A stretch of 64,000 nucleotides of DNA, taken from the NCBI GenBank assembly GCA_048571215.1, contig CP182352.1, positions 2,720,001-2,784,000 on the forward strand, read 5' to 3'. This document shows, piece after piece, positions 44,900-55,112 of this stretch. The DNA is from Halarcobacter sp. (lineage in GTDB: Bacteria > Campylobacterota > Campylobacteria > Campylobacterales > Arcobacteraceae). Made by a program: the position numbers and the translations under genes. How positions within the stretch are numbered: the first letter of the stretch is position 1; each line of letters begins with the position of its first letter. A model generated the notes under the pieces. It saw nothing but the letters and a program-made list of their open reading frames with translations. It had not been told where the DNA came from and searched no databases.

Positions 44900-45982
44900 T
44901 TATTTATTTACTGAACTCATTGTAGATTTATCTTTTGTATCAACCCAAATATTTGGAGTAGAACCACCTGGTGTTAAGAAAATTTTAGCATCTTTATTTT
45001 CTCTAAGTGCTTCATTGAATTTACCTTGAACTTGAATTTGTTGCATTTGAAGTAGTTTTGGAGTTAAAGAGTTTGCAATCTCTTTGTTTGCTTTTGCTTG
45101 TGCTTCTGCTTCAATAGTTACAGCATCTGCTCTACCTTGTGCTTCAATTCTATTTTTGTCTGCTTCCCCTTTTGCTAGAGCAGCTTTTTTCTCAGCTTCT
45201 TGTTTTGCTCTTTGAACTTCATATCTAACTCTTTCTGCCTCTTGGTTAGCTATTTGAACTCTTTCAATTTGATCTTTTATTTTTGGTGGTAATACTATCT
45301 CTCTTAATTGAACTGATTCAACTGAAACAGGTTTATCTTTTAATGATTCAATTTGAGTTCTAATTCCATTTTCAATCTTTGTAGCTATTTCATTTCTTCT
45401 TGTTGGTAACTCTTCTGCATTAAATCCACCAACAACATTTCTTACTATATTTCTTACAACTGGGTTTACAATTTTATCTTCCCATCCTGGTCCCCAAGTA
45501 GCAATAGTAAGTGGAGCTCCACTTGCTGTAAGTCTGTATTGAACAGTAAGTTCAATAGAAACAGGTAAACCTCTTGCATCAAGAATATTAATAGCAGGGT
45601 TACTTCTAATACTTTGATCAAACCCTTGACTTGTTTCAACAGAAGCATAGTTCATAAGTCTAACTTTTGTATCAACTATTGTAACTTTTTGATATCCAGG
45701 AATAATAAAATGTAAACCTGGTCTTAAAGGTACATCCTCATATTTTCCTAATGTTTGTTTAATCCCCACATTACCTGATTCGATTGTTACAAATGGTTTA
45801 AATAAAAATAGTGCTCCAATAATAATAATTACTGCATACAATATACCCGCTTTTTTACCAAAGTTTTTGAAAAATTCTGGTGGTTCAAAAGGTGGTTGAA
45901 AGTTTCCACCACCTCCATTTGAATCTCCTCCACTTTTATTTTGTTGTTGTCTATTTTTAAAATAATCATTATCAATTGGCAT
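44900..45982 (-). CDS. Prohibitin/SPFH (band 7) domain protein
   Basis: N-terminal TM, PGLHFIIP, QLREIVLP and Ala/Glu-rich coiled coil. Confidence 0.9.
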   Translation of the reverse strand: MPIDNDYFKNRQQQNKSGGDSNGGGGNFQPPFEPPEFFKNFGKKAGILYAVIIIIGALFLFKPFVTIESGNVGIKQTLGKYEDVPLRPGLHFIIPGYQKVTIVDTKVRLMNYASVETSQGFDQSIRSNPAINILDARGLPVSIELTVQYRLTASGAPLTIATWGPGWEDKIVNPVVRNIVRNVVGGFNAEELPTRRNEIATKIENGIRTQIESLKDKPVSVESVQLREIVLPPKIKDQIERVQIANQEAERVRYEVQRAKQEAEKKAALAKGEADKNRIEAQGRADAVTIEAEAQAKANKEIANSLTPKLLQMQQIQVQGKFNEALRENKDAKIFLTPGGSTPNIWVDTKDKSTMSSVNK

Positions 45983-45995
45983 ATAATTTCCCTTT

Positions 45996-46916
45996 TTAGT
46001 TTATATATGTTAAATATTTCTGGTATTTCTCGTTTTTACCTTGTACCACATCAAAATATGCTTTTTGAAGTACTTCGGTGATAGGTCCTCTTTCACCTGC
46101 TCCAATGATTCTACAATCAACTTCTCTTATTGGAGTTACTTCAACAGCTGTTCCTGTAAAGAAAGCTTCATCAGATATATATATCTCTTCCCTTGTAATT
46201 CTTCTTCTTGTTACCTTATATCCTAAATCTAAAGCTATGTCAATCACTGTTGATTGAGTTATTGACTCTAACGAGTTATCATTAGGTGGAGTAATCACTT
46301 CGCCGTTTCTTACAATAAAAAAACAAGCTCCACTAGCTTCTGCTATATAACCTTGGTCATCTCTAAGTAAAGCTTCATCATAACCAGCTTCAACTGCTTC
46401 AAATTTTGCCATTTGAGAGTTTAAGTAGTTTGCAACAGCTTTTGCTTTACCCATACCTGAAGTGTTTGGAGTTCTTGTCATAGATGAAATTTTTACTCTA
46501 ACACCTTTTTTCATCCCCTCTTCACCTAAGTATGCTCCCCATTCCCAAGCTGCAACAGATACATGTGCAGGAGCATCTTTATGATAAAGTCCCATAACTC
46601 CATAACCTAAATAAACTAATGGTCTTATATAAGCACCTTCAAATAGTTCATTTTTTTGTAATAATTCAATTTGAGCCTTATTTAACTCATCAACTGTAAA
46701 TGGCACATCAATAAGTGTCATTTTAGCTGAATTAATCAATCTTTTTGTATGATCTTCAAGTTTAAATATAGCACATCTTCCATCATGCGTTTTATAAGCT
46801 TTTGTTCCCTCAATCGCACCATTTCCATAGTGTAGTGTATGGCTTAATACATGTACTTTTGCATCATGCCAATCAACAAATTTCCCATCCATCCAGATGT
46901 ATTTTGCTTCTGTCAT
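45996..46916 (-). CDS. ilvE: Branched-chain amino acid aminotransferase
   Basis: LHYGNGAIEG, YIRP, AKAVANY, EASGACFF and EAFFTGTAVEVTP. Confidence 0.95.
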   Translation of the reverse strand: MTEAKYIWMDGKFVDWHDAKVHVLSHTLHYGNGAIEGTKAYKTHDGRCAIFKLEDHTKRLINSAKMTLIDVPFTVDELNKAQIELLQKNELFEGAYIRPLVYLGYGVMGLYHKDAPAHVSVAAWEWGAYLGEEGMKKGVRVKISSMTRTPNTSGMGKAKAVANYLNSQMAKFEAVEAGYDEALLRDDQGYIAEASGACFFIVRNGEVITPPNDNSLESITQSTVIDIALDLGYKVTRRRITREEIYISDEAFFTGTAVEVTPIREVDCRIIGAGERGPITEVLQKAYFDVVQGKNEKYQKYLTYIN

Positions 46917-47093
46917 TTGTAATATCCTACAATAAAATTTTTAGCTGATATGTTATCTAAAGAATTATTAAAATAAAGTGAGATAAAAATTGTAGATTAA
47001 AATTATATAAATTTCACAAATAAAATCATAAATGCTATGTTAATCTTATTTTTTTTTGTTAAAATTTTTTAATTATAAAGAGGTGAGATAAAG

Positions 47094-47696
47094 ATGAGTC
47101 AACAACAATTTTGGAATGAAAAATTTGCAAGGGATGGTTATCTATATGGGACACAAGCAAATAACTTTATAAAATCATGTGAAAGTAACTTTAAAAAATC
47201 ACAAAGATTCTTATGTCTTGGTGAGGGCGAAGGAAGAAATGCCATATATTTTGCAAAAAAAGGTTTTGAGGTTGTTGCTTTAGATGCTTCTGATATAGGT
47301 CTTAACAAACTTGAACTTTTAGCAAATGAAAATAATCTAAAAATCAAAACAAGATGTATTGACTTAAATGAATGGGAACCAAGTAAAAAGTATGGAACCA
47401 TAATAGCTTCATTTTTACATATGCATCAAAGTGATAGGAAAGCATTATTTGATAAAATTGAATCATGCCTAAAAGATAATGGTTTTTTTGTAGGTGAGTT
47501 TTTTTCAAAAAAACAAATAAATTACACAAGTGGTGGACCAAAAGATTTGGATTTGCTTTATAGTGTTGAAGATTTTACAAACAATTTTAACTCTTGTACT
47601 AAACATAAGATTGTTGAAATAGAAACCTATCTTGATGAAGGAAAAGGTCACCAAGGAAAAGCTAGTGTAATAAGAGTTATTATTCAAAAAAATTAA
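47094..47696 (+). CDS. Class I SAM-dependent methyltransferase (TehB-like)
   Basis: FWNEKF..YLYG, LCLGEGEGRNA and SGGPKD. Confidence 0.88.
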   Translation: MSQQQFWNEKFARDGYLYGTQANNFIKSCESNFKKSQRFLCLGEGEGRNAIYFAKKGFEVVALDASDIGLNKLELLANENNLKIKTRCIDLNEWEPSKKYGTIIASFLHMHQSDRKALFDKIESCLKDNGFFVGEFFSKKQINYTSGGPKDLDLLYSVEDFTNNFNSCTKHKIVEIETYLDEGKGHQGKASVIRVIIQKN

Positions 47697-47713
47697 ACAA
47701 AATATTAAGTATA

Positions 47714-47728
47714 TGCAACTAAGTCGCA
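47714..47728. promoter_or_regulatory. Putative Zur-type operator upstream of ribA
   Basis: TGCAACT-A-AGTCGCA, a one-mismatch version of the palindrome found twice upstream of znuA. Confidence 0.55.
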
Positions 47729-47771
47729 AATAAGATTTTTTTGCTAAAATAAATTAAAAAGAACACTTAAT

Positions 47772-48335
47772 ATGAATTTACAAATATCAAAATCAGCAAA
47801 TCTCCCAACAAAATATGGGAATTTTAAAATAAAATCTTTTAAACAAAATGATAAAGAGCATTTGGTTGTTTATACAAAAAATATTCCAAATATCCCAACT
47901 GTTAGAATTCACTCAGAATGTATGACTGGAGATGTATTTAAAAGCATTAAATGTGATTGTGGTGAACAATTAGACTTTGCATTAAAACAGATATATAAAG
48001 ACAAAGGTATGCTTATATATCTTAGACAAGAAGGCAGAGGAATTGGACTTTTCAATAAAGTAAATGCTTACTCTTTGCAAGATTTAGGTCATAATACTAT
48101 GGAAGCAAATGAGCTTTTAGGATTTGAGCAGGATTATAGAAAATATGATATTGTTGATGAAATATTTAAATATTTTAAAATAAAAAAAATAAATCTGATG
48201 ACAAATAATCCCCTTAAACTAAACTCATTAAAAGAGGTAAAAATAGAAAAAAGAATTCCAATTATCATAAATCATTGTGAATATAATCAAGAGTACTTGC
48301 ATATAAAAAAAGAAAAAATGGGGCACCTATTATAA
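47772..48335 (+). CDS. ribA: GTP cyclohydrolase II
   Basis: VRIHSECMTGD..CDCGEQL, YLRQEGRGIGL.NK..AY.LQD, TNNP.K and K.EKMGHLL. Confidence 0.95.
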   Translation: MNLQISKSANLPTKYGNFKIKSFKQNDKEHLVVYTKNIPNIPTVRIHSECMTGDVFKSIKCDCGEQLDFALKQIYKDKGMLIYLRQEGRGIGLFNKVNAYSLQDLGHNTMEANELLGFEQDYRKYDIVDEIFKYFKIKKINLMTNNPLKLNSLKEVKIEKRIPIIINHCEYNQEYLHIKKEKMGHLL

Positions 48336-48352
48336 ACAGTGTAAATTTAATT

Positions 48353-49171
48353 TTACACTGTTTTTTTTAATTCTTTTATCTTTTCTAAGACAATTACAAT
48401 AAACATAAATATTGAACTAACAAGTATAATAGAAGGTCCTGAGCTTAGGTCAAAATTGTATGATAAGATCAATCCTAATATTGTAAATATCATAGAGAGT
48501 ACTCCTGAAATGACCATCATTTTAAATAAAGTATTACAAAACCTTTGTGATATATATATTGGAATTGTTAATAATGCAATTACTAATATTAATCCAACAA
48601 TTTTTATAGCAATTACAATAGATAAAGCTGCCAAAATTAAAATAAGTGTATAAAAAAACTTTGTATGAACTCCTCTTAAACTTGCATATTCACTATCATA
48701 AGAAACTGCTAAGATATCCCTATAAAAAAACAATAAAATAAATATTATAAGAGTAAGTAAACTTGACATAAATATAATATCTTCACTATTAACTGCCAAT
48801 ATCGAACCAAATAAATAACTCATCAAATCAGTATTATACCCTGGAGTTAAATCAACAAGCAAAATACCAAAAGACATACCAATTGCCCAAGTTAAACCAA
48901 TGATAGTATCAAGATTTTCCCTTTTTTGGTATGTTAGTAAAGCAATTAAAATTGTAACAAATATAGAAAATACTGAAGTTGATAAAAGCATTGGCACTCC
49001 AAAATAAATAGATAAGCCAATCCCTCCATAAGCGCTATGGGCTATCCCTCCTGAAAGAAATACCATTTTGTTTACTACTATAAGTGAACCTATAATTCCT
49101 GTTATTATACTAACTAATATTCCAGCTATTATTGCATTTTGGATAAAAGTATATGAAAGGGTTTCTAGCAT
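48353..49171 (-). CDS. znuB: Zinc ABC transporter permease
   Basis: GGIAHSAYGG, LMSYLFGSIL and VGLILVIALL..P; multiple TMs. Confidence 0.88.
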   Translation of the reverse strand: MLETLSYTFIQNAIIAGILVSIITGIIGSLIVVNKMVFLSGGIAHSAYGGIGLSIYFGVPMLLSTSVFSIFVTILIALLTYQKRENLDTIIGLTWAIGMSFGILLVDLTPGYNTDLMSYLFGSILAVNSEDIIFMSSLLTLIIFILLFFYRDILAVSYDSEYASLRGVHTKFFYTLILILAALSIVIAIKIVGLILVIALLTIPIYISQRFCNTLFKMMVISGVLSMIFTILGLILSYNFDLSSGPSIILVSSIFMFIVIVLEKIKELKKTV

Positions 49172-49920
49172 CTACATTTTCCTAACATCTCTAATAGTTC
49201 TACTTCACAAATATGAGATTCAATATTTTTAAACTCATCTTTCATTTTTGACAAATCATGGTAACTAAGTTTTTTATTTATATAAACAGCTTTCAAAGCA
49301 TATTTTAGGACTACTGAAATATCATGACTGATTACAACAATTGTGATATCTTTATTCAACTCTTTGAGTGTTTGATATATTTGTTCGCAACCTTTTATAT
49401 CAATATTCGATGTTGGTTCATCTAAAAGTAAGATTTTTGGATTACAAAATAAGGCTCTAGCTATTAAAACTCTTTGCCTTTGTCCACCTGAAAGGTTAGA
49501 TATTTTTGAGTTGGCGAACTCTTTCATATTAACTTTTTCTAAAACTTCCATAGCTTTAATTTTTTCATCTTTTTTATAGCCAAAGAATCTTTTCTTTATC
49601 TCATTTTGTCCCATCATTACAACTTCTATAACACTAATTGGAAAATTAAGATTTATATTTGTATTTTGTGGTACATATCCAATATATGGAAGCTGATATA
49701 AAAAAGATTTTCCAAAAACTTTTATAGTTCCTTCTTTTAAAGGTTCAAGTCCTAAAATAAGCTTTAATAAAGTACTTTTTCCCCCACCATTTGGACCTAT
49801 AATCGTAAGAAAATCTTTCTGTTTTATCTCTAAATTTATATCTTCTAAAACAAGCTCTTTTTCATATTTGAAAAAAAGCTTGTTAATTGATATTGCATTA
49901 GTTATTGTTTGCAATTGCAT
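49165..49920 (-). CDS. znuC: Zinc ABC transporter ATP-binding protein (exact start uncertain)
   Basis: GPNGGGKST, GYVPQ, LSGGQRQR, LLLDEPT and SHD. Confidence 0.9.
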   Translation of the reverse strand: MQLQTITNAISINKLFFKYEKELVLEDINLEIKQKDFLTIIGPNGGGKSTLLKLILGLEPLKEGTIKVFGKSFLYQLPYIGYVPQNTNINLNFPISVIEVVMMGQNEIKKRFFGYKKDEKIKAMEVLEKVNMKEFANSKISNLSGGQRQRVLIARALFCNPKILLLDEPTSNIDIKGCEQIYQTLKELNKDITIVVISHDISVVLKYALKAVYINKKLSYHDLSKMKDEFKNIESHICEVELLEMLGKCRC

Positions 49921-51181
49921 TTGCCATTTTTATTAAATTTTCAGACCAATTTTTAGCTAATGGTGTCTCTTTAATAACTTTGATATTTAGCTCACTTGCT
50001 ATTGCCCTAGCACTTTTATCTGAAAATTCAGTTTGGGTAAAGATTGCTTTTACCTTCTCCTCTTTTGCCTCATCAATAATTTTTTTAAGTATTCTAGGTT
50101 TTGGTTCTTTTCCTTCAACTTCAATTACAAGCTGAACTAAACCATACTCTTTTGCAAAGTATCCCCAAGATGGATGAAAAACCATAAACTTAGAACCTTT
50201 TTCTAAACCAGAAAGAATATTTTTTATTTTTTTATCAGTATTATTGATTTGTTCTATAAATTTATCGTAATTAGCTTTATAATAATCCTTATTTTTAGAA
50301 TCAAATTTAACTAAAGCTTCATAAATATTTTTTGCCATAATTTTTACATTTTTTGGGCTAGTCCAAGTATGTGGATCTTTTCCATGATGTGATTCCTCTT
50401 TAGGAAAACTAGCAATAGCTTCTATCTCTTTATTGTGCATATCTTTAAAATAATGCTCATCCCCTTCAAATTCACTTGGCATGTGTTCTGTAAAAAAGAT
50501 ATATTTACCCTCTTTTTCTATCTTAATTTTAAATATTGTTTTATTTTGCTTTTCATCAAAACTTAACTTATATAAAGAATTTTCACTTTTAAGAGAATCA
50601 TCATTTTTTGCAAGAGTTATTTTATCTTTAGAAAAAATATTTTTTGCCTCTTTTTCATAACTTTCTATTAAGTCATCACTTTTTTTGTTTGCTTTTATTA
50701 TAAGCATTTTCATAGACATCTCTGCATAATTACCATCTACTTTAGAGAAACTCCAAGTATAAGTTCCCTTTTTTAAATCAAAGACCCCTGCCCATTCATA
50801 AGGTAATTCTTCCTCTTCATGTGCTGAATCATGATCTTCATGATGGTGATGGTGATGTTTTGCCATCTCTATATATTCTATACCTTTTGTCATTTCAATA
50901 AATTTCATTTTTTTATTTTGTGATGCAAATTTATCAAGCCAAGTATTCTCGAACTCTAAACCTATTGGAAAATAGATATCTGCTTTTGATATCTCTCTCA
51001 TTTGTGAAGGTTTTGGCTCATAAGAATGTGGGTCACTTCCAGGTTTTACCATAGTAGATACATTAACCTTGTCTCCACCAATCTTTTCTACAAAAGTTTG
51101 TTGGGGTAAAATACTTACAATAACATTTGTCTGTGCATAAACATAGTTTAACAATAAAATAAATGGGATAAGAAATCTCAT
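49898..51181 (-). CDS. znuA: Zinc ABC transporter substrate-binding protein with His-rich loop and internal insertion
   Basis: Start placed at ATG 51181 (SD AAGGAG; MRFLIPFILLL signal peptide). PHSYEP, HHHHHHEDHDSAH, DPHTWTSP and FHPSWGYF. Confidence 0.9.
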   Translation of the reverse strand: MRFLIPFILLLNYVYAQTNVIVSILPQQTFVEKIGGDKVNVSTMVKPGSDPHSYEPKPSQMREISKADIYFPIGLEFENTWLDKFASQNKKMKFIEMTKGIEYIEMAKHHHHHHEDHDSAHEEEELPYEWAGVFDLKKGTYTWSFSKVDGNYAEMSMKMLIIKANKKSDDLIESYEKEAKNIFSKDKITLAKNDDSLKSENSLYKLSFDEKQNKTIFKIKIEKEGKYIFFTEHMPSEFEGDEHYFKDMHNKEIEAIASFPKEESHHGKDPHTWTSPKNVKIMAKNIYEALVKFDSKNKDYYKANYDKFIEQINNTDKKIKNILSGLEKGSKFMVFHPSWGYFAKEYGLVQLVIEVEGKEPKPRILKKIIDEAKEEKVKAIFTQTEFSDKSARAIASELNIKVIKETPLAKNWSENLIKMANAIANNN

Positions 51182-51201
51182 AATATACTCCTTTTTATTT
51201 A

Positions 51202-51263
51202 TGCAACTTGGTTGCATTTATGGAATATTAGTAAAATAAAAATTAAATGCAACTTAGTTGCAT
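51202..51263. promoter_or_regulatory. Two putative Zur-type operators upstream of znuA
   Basis: TGCAACTTGGTTGCA (51202-51216) and perfect ATGCAACT-T-AGTTGCAT (51247-51263). Confidence 0.7.
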
Positions 51264-51452
51264 ATAATCTTTCTAAAGATATAATTGCAAAAAAATTTAC
51301 AGTTGAGATATTAAAAAAAGTTTGTATATTTATTGTACTTATTTAGAAAGCCTAACTTCTTTATTTAACAGCTTTTTAACAAAAATTTAAATACACTCTT
51401 AATAATAAATATCAATTATAATTAAAAATCAATAATCAAAATAGAGAATAGA

Positions 51453-54400
51453 ATGGTAGAAGTAATTAAGAATTTAATCGAAAAACAAGTACTAATTATA
51501 GATGGTGCAATGGGAACACAGCTGCAAATTGCAAATATAGAAAATAAAGCTTGGCAATATGAAGGGAAAGATTTAGAAGGATGCAATGAACTTTTAAATG
51601 AAACAGCTCCACATATTTTAGAAAATATACATGATGCCTATGCAAAAGCTGGTGCAAACCTAATAACAACAAATACCTTTGGTACTATGCCTTGGGTTTT
51701 AGATGAATATGGGATTTCACAAAAGGCATACGAACTATCAAAACTAGGAGCACAATTAGCAAAAGAATCTTGCAAAAAGTTTGAAACTATAGATACCCCT
51801 AGATTTTGTTTAGGTTCAATAGGACCAGGAACAAAACTTCCTAGCCTAGGACATATTAAATATGATGAGATGTATGAAGGATATAAAGAGGTTGCAAATG
51901 GTTTAGCAGATGGGGGATGTGATATTTTCTTACTTGAAACTTGTCAAGATCCACTTCAAATCAAAGCTGCACTTCATGCTCTTAATGATACCCATCCAGA
52001 GATACCTGTAATGGTTTCTGTAACAATTGAACTTAGTGGAACTATGTTGATTGGTACAGATGCAATGACTATTGCAGCCATATTAAATCCTTTTAATATT
52101 TTATCACTTGGTTTTAACTGTGGTACAGGACCAAAACAAGTTCATAAACATGTAAAAACATTAAGTGAAGTTTGTAGATTTCCAATCTCAGTACATGCAA
52201 ATGCAGGATTACCACAAAATAAAGGTGGAGTTACTTACTATCCTATGCAAGCAAAAGAGTTTACCCAACTTCAAAAATCTTTTTTAGATATAAATGGAGT
52301 TTCCTTTTTAGGTGGATGTTGTGGTACAACACCAGATCATATTGAAGCTTTAGCAAATGAAGTTAAAGATATTGTTCCTAAAAAACCTTCTGGTTTTTTG
52401 AAAGCTTCCCTTGCAAGTTTATTTAATACAGTACCTCTAAAACAAGATCCTGCTCCACTTTTAATTGGAGAGAGAAGTAATGCTACAGGTTCAAAAGCTT
52501 TTAGGGAACTTCTAAAAGCAAACGATTATGAGGGAACCTTAAGTGTTGGTCAACAACAAGTAAGAGCTGGTGCCCATGTGATTGATGTATCAGTTGGTTT
52601 TGCTGGACGGGATGAAAGGGAAGATATGGATAAGGTTGTTGAACTTTATTCACAAAAAGTATCCCTACCACTTATGCCTGATTCAACCCAAATTCTTGCC
52701 CTAGAAGCAGCACTTAAACAGATTGGTGGAAGACCTATAATAAACTCTGTTAACCTTGAAGATGGGGAAGAGAAGTTTGATGCAGTTTGTAAATTAGCAA
52801 AAAAATTTGGTGCCGCTTTAGTTTGTCTTGTAATTGATGAAGTTGGTATGGCAAAAACAAAAGAGGATAAACTTAGAATTGCTGAAAGAATCTTTGATTT
52901 ATGTGTAAATAGACATGGTTTTGATCCTGCTGATTTAGTATTTGATATGTTAACTTTTACAATTGGTTCTGGGGATGATGAGTATAGAACTGCAGGTATT
53001 GAAACCCTTGAAGCTATAAGAGAGTTTCAAATACGACATCCAGAAGTTGGTACAACTTTAGGGCTATCAAATATCTCATTTGGACTTGATATAAAAGCTA
53101 GAGTTTATCTAAACTCTATCTATCTTGACCATTGTGTTAAAGCGGGACTTACAAGTGCTATTGTAAATGTAAAACATATCTTGCCACTAAATAAAATCAG
53201 TGATGAAGATAGAAAAGCTTGTGATGATTTAATATTCAATAATCAAGAAAATGGTGACCCTTTATTTAAATTTATAGAACACTTTTCAAATGTAGAAGCC
53301 CAAGAGGATACTAGTGATGAAGAGTTTCAAAAATTAGAACCAATAGAAAAAGTTAAAAAACTTTTACTTGATGGAGATAAAGAGAGAATGCTTCCACTAG
53401 TTGAAGAGTTAAGACATGAGGTAAATCCTGAAGTTATAGTAAATGAGTGGCTTATTGATGGGATGAAAATCATTGGGGAACTTTTTGGAAGTGGACAAAT
53501 GCAATTACCTTTTGTCCTTCAAAGTGCAGAAACTATGAAAGCAACAGTTGATGCTCTAAACCCTTACTTACCAAAAAAAGAAAAAGCTACAGATACCGTA
53601 TTGGTTATAGGTACAGTTAAGGGTGATGTTCATGATGTTGGTAAAAATTTAGTTGATATTATCCTAAGTAACAATGGCTTCAAGGTTATAAATATAGGGA
53701 TTAAAGCTGATTTAAATGATTTTATAATAGCCGTTCAAGAACACAAAGCACAAGCAATTGGGATGAGTGGGTTACTAGTAAAATCAACTGCTGTTATGAA
53801 AGACAACCTTGAAGAGTTACAAAAACAAGGTATTGATATTCCTGTTCTTTTAGGTGGTGCTGCTTTAACTAAGAACTTTATAAATGAGTATTGTAGACCT
53901 ATTTATGATGGACCTATTTTTTATTGTAGAGATGCCTTTGATGGAGTTGTTTCTATGCAAAGAATAGAAAAAGGTGAGATAGATAACACTGCATTACAAG
54001 CTGATTTGATAAATGATGAAGAGATAAAACCAAAAGAGGAAAAAGAAGTAATTATTAATAAAGAAGATATAGAACTTCCAGAACCAACCGAGTTTACATT
54101 TCCACCACTTTGGGGAAGAGTTACAAAAGATAGTAGTTCTATAGATAATGACTTAGTCTTTAAATGGATAAACCATAGGGTTTTATTTAGACAAAGATGG
54201 GGATATAAAAGAGCAAAACAATCAAGCGAAGAGTTTTTAAAACATGAACAAGAGGTTGTAGAACCACTTTATGAAAAACTAAAAGAGGAGTTTATCTCTA
54301 AACAATTGTTTCAACCAATAGGAATATACGCATATTATCCTTGTATCTCAAAAGATAACAAACTATATATTTTTAGTGAAGAATATGCTTTTCATTCCCT

Positions 54401-54923
54401 TGAAGAAGCGAAAAATATCCCTTCACTAGATAAAGCTATAAAAGTGTTTGAGTTTCCTAGACAAAAGAAAAAACCCCATAGATGTATAGCTGACTTTTTT
54501 GCAAATGATAGATTAGATGTGGTAGCCTTTACCCTTGCTAGTGCTGGTCTTAAAATAAGCCCTTATGAAGCAGAGCTTTATAAAGAGAGTAAGTTTAGTG
54601 AATATTATCAAGTTCATGGTTTAGGGGTTGAATTAGCAGAAGCCCTAGCAGAAGTTTTACACAAACAAGTTAGACTTGATTTGGATATAGTACCAAAAGA
54701 GGGGCATACCCTTTATGATGTACAAATGAAACAATATGTAGGGTGTAGATACTCTCCTGGATATGCTGCTTGCCCTGATTTAGAACAAAGTAGAGATATC
54801 TTTGATTTACTAAAACCAGAAGAGTTTGGAATAACTTTAAGTGAGACTTTTCAAATAGACCCAGAACAGTCAACTTGTGCCATAGTTGTGCCACACAAAA
54901 AAGCCAACTACTACAATATTTAG
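51453..54923 (+). CDS. metH: Cobalamin-dependent methionine synthase
   Basis: DGAMGT, GGCCGTTP, IGERSNATGSK, KGDVHDVGKNLV (B12-binding His) and RYSPGYAACPDL. Confidence 0.97.
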   Translation: MVEVIKNLIEKQVLIIDGAMGTQLQIANIENKAWQYEGKDLEGCNELLNETAPHILENIHDAYAKAGANLITTNTFGTMPWVLDEYGISQKAYELSKLGAQLAKESCKKFETIDTPRFCLGSIGPGTKLPSLGHIKYDEMYEGYKEVANGLADGGCDIFLLETCQDPLQIKAALHALNDTHPEIPVMVSVTIELSGTMLIGTDAMTIAAILNPFNILSLGFNCGTGPKQVHKHVKTLSEVCRFPISVHANAGLPQNKGGVTYYPMQAKEFTQLQKSFLDINGVSFLGGCCGTTPDHIEALANEVKDIVPKKPSGFLKASLASLFNTVPLKQDPAPLLIGERSNATGSKAFRELLKANDYEGTLSVGQQQVRAGAHVIDVSVGFAGRDEREDMDKVVELYSQKVSLPLMPDSTQILALEAALKQIGGRPIINSVNLEDGEEKFDAVCKLAKKFGAALVCLVIDEVGMAKTKEDKLRIAERIFDLCVNRHGFDPADLVFDMLTFTIGSGDDEYRTAGIETLEAIREFQIRHPEVGTTLGLSNISFGLDIKARVYLNSIYLDHCVKAGLTSAIVNVKHILPLNKISDEDRKACDDLIFNNQENGDPLFKFIEHFSNVEAQEDTSDEEFQKLEPIEKVKKLLLDGDKERMLPLVEELRHEVNPEVIVNEWLIDGMKIIGELFGSGQMQLPFVLQSAETMKATVDALNPYLPKKEKATDTVLVIGTVKGDVHDVGKNLVDIILSNNGFKVINIGIKADLNDFIIAVQEHKAQAIGMSGLLVKSTAVMKDNLEELQKQGIDIPVLLGGAALTKNFINEYCRPIYDGPIFYCRDAFDGVVSMQRIEKGEIDNTALQADLINDEEIKPKEEKEVIINKEDIELPEPTEFTFPPLWGRVTKDSSSIDNDLVFKWINHRVLFRQRWGYKRAKQSSEEFLKHEQEVVEPLYEKLKEEFISKQLFQPIGIYAYYPCISKDNKLYIFSEEYAFHSLEEAKNIPSLDKAIKVFEFPRQKKKPHRCIADFFANDRLDVVAFTLASAGLKISPYEAELYKESKFSEYYQVHGLGVELAEALAEVLHKQVRLDLDIVPKEGHTLYDVQMKQYVGCRYSPGYAACPDLEQSRDIFDLLKPEEFGITLSETFQIDPEQSTCAIVVPHKKANYYNI

Positions 54924-54925
54924 TA

Positions 54926-55047
54926 GAAATAGCCACTTTTGGCTGATTTCTGCGTTGGAGTTGTAAATTTATAAACTCACTTACTTATAGTAAGTTCCTT
55001 CATAAATTTACAACTCCGCCTTGAACTAAACCAAAATTGACTATTCC
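54926..55047. repeat. Palindromic intergenic element (MITE/REP-like) immediately after metH
   Basis: Perfect 16-bp inverted repeat GGAGTTGTAAATTTAT/ATAAATTTACAACTCC, inner ACTTAC/GTAAGT stem and imperfect outer inverted repeats. Confidence 0.65.
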
Positions 55048-55112
55048 AAGTTATAATTATGACTGGTCTTTTTTAGTTTTTACAAAATTAGAATTTAAAC
55101 AATCGAGAATAT

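Noticed and set aside
51182..51217. ORF-track N-terminal extension of znuA (MQPSCINKKEYI)
   Set aside because: That ATG lies within the operator palindrome. The SD and signal peptide support the start at 51181.
51264..51452. Possible cobalamin or SAM riboswitch upstream of metH
   Set aside because: AT-rich sequence without a recognisable B12-box or SAM aptamer motifs.
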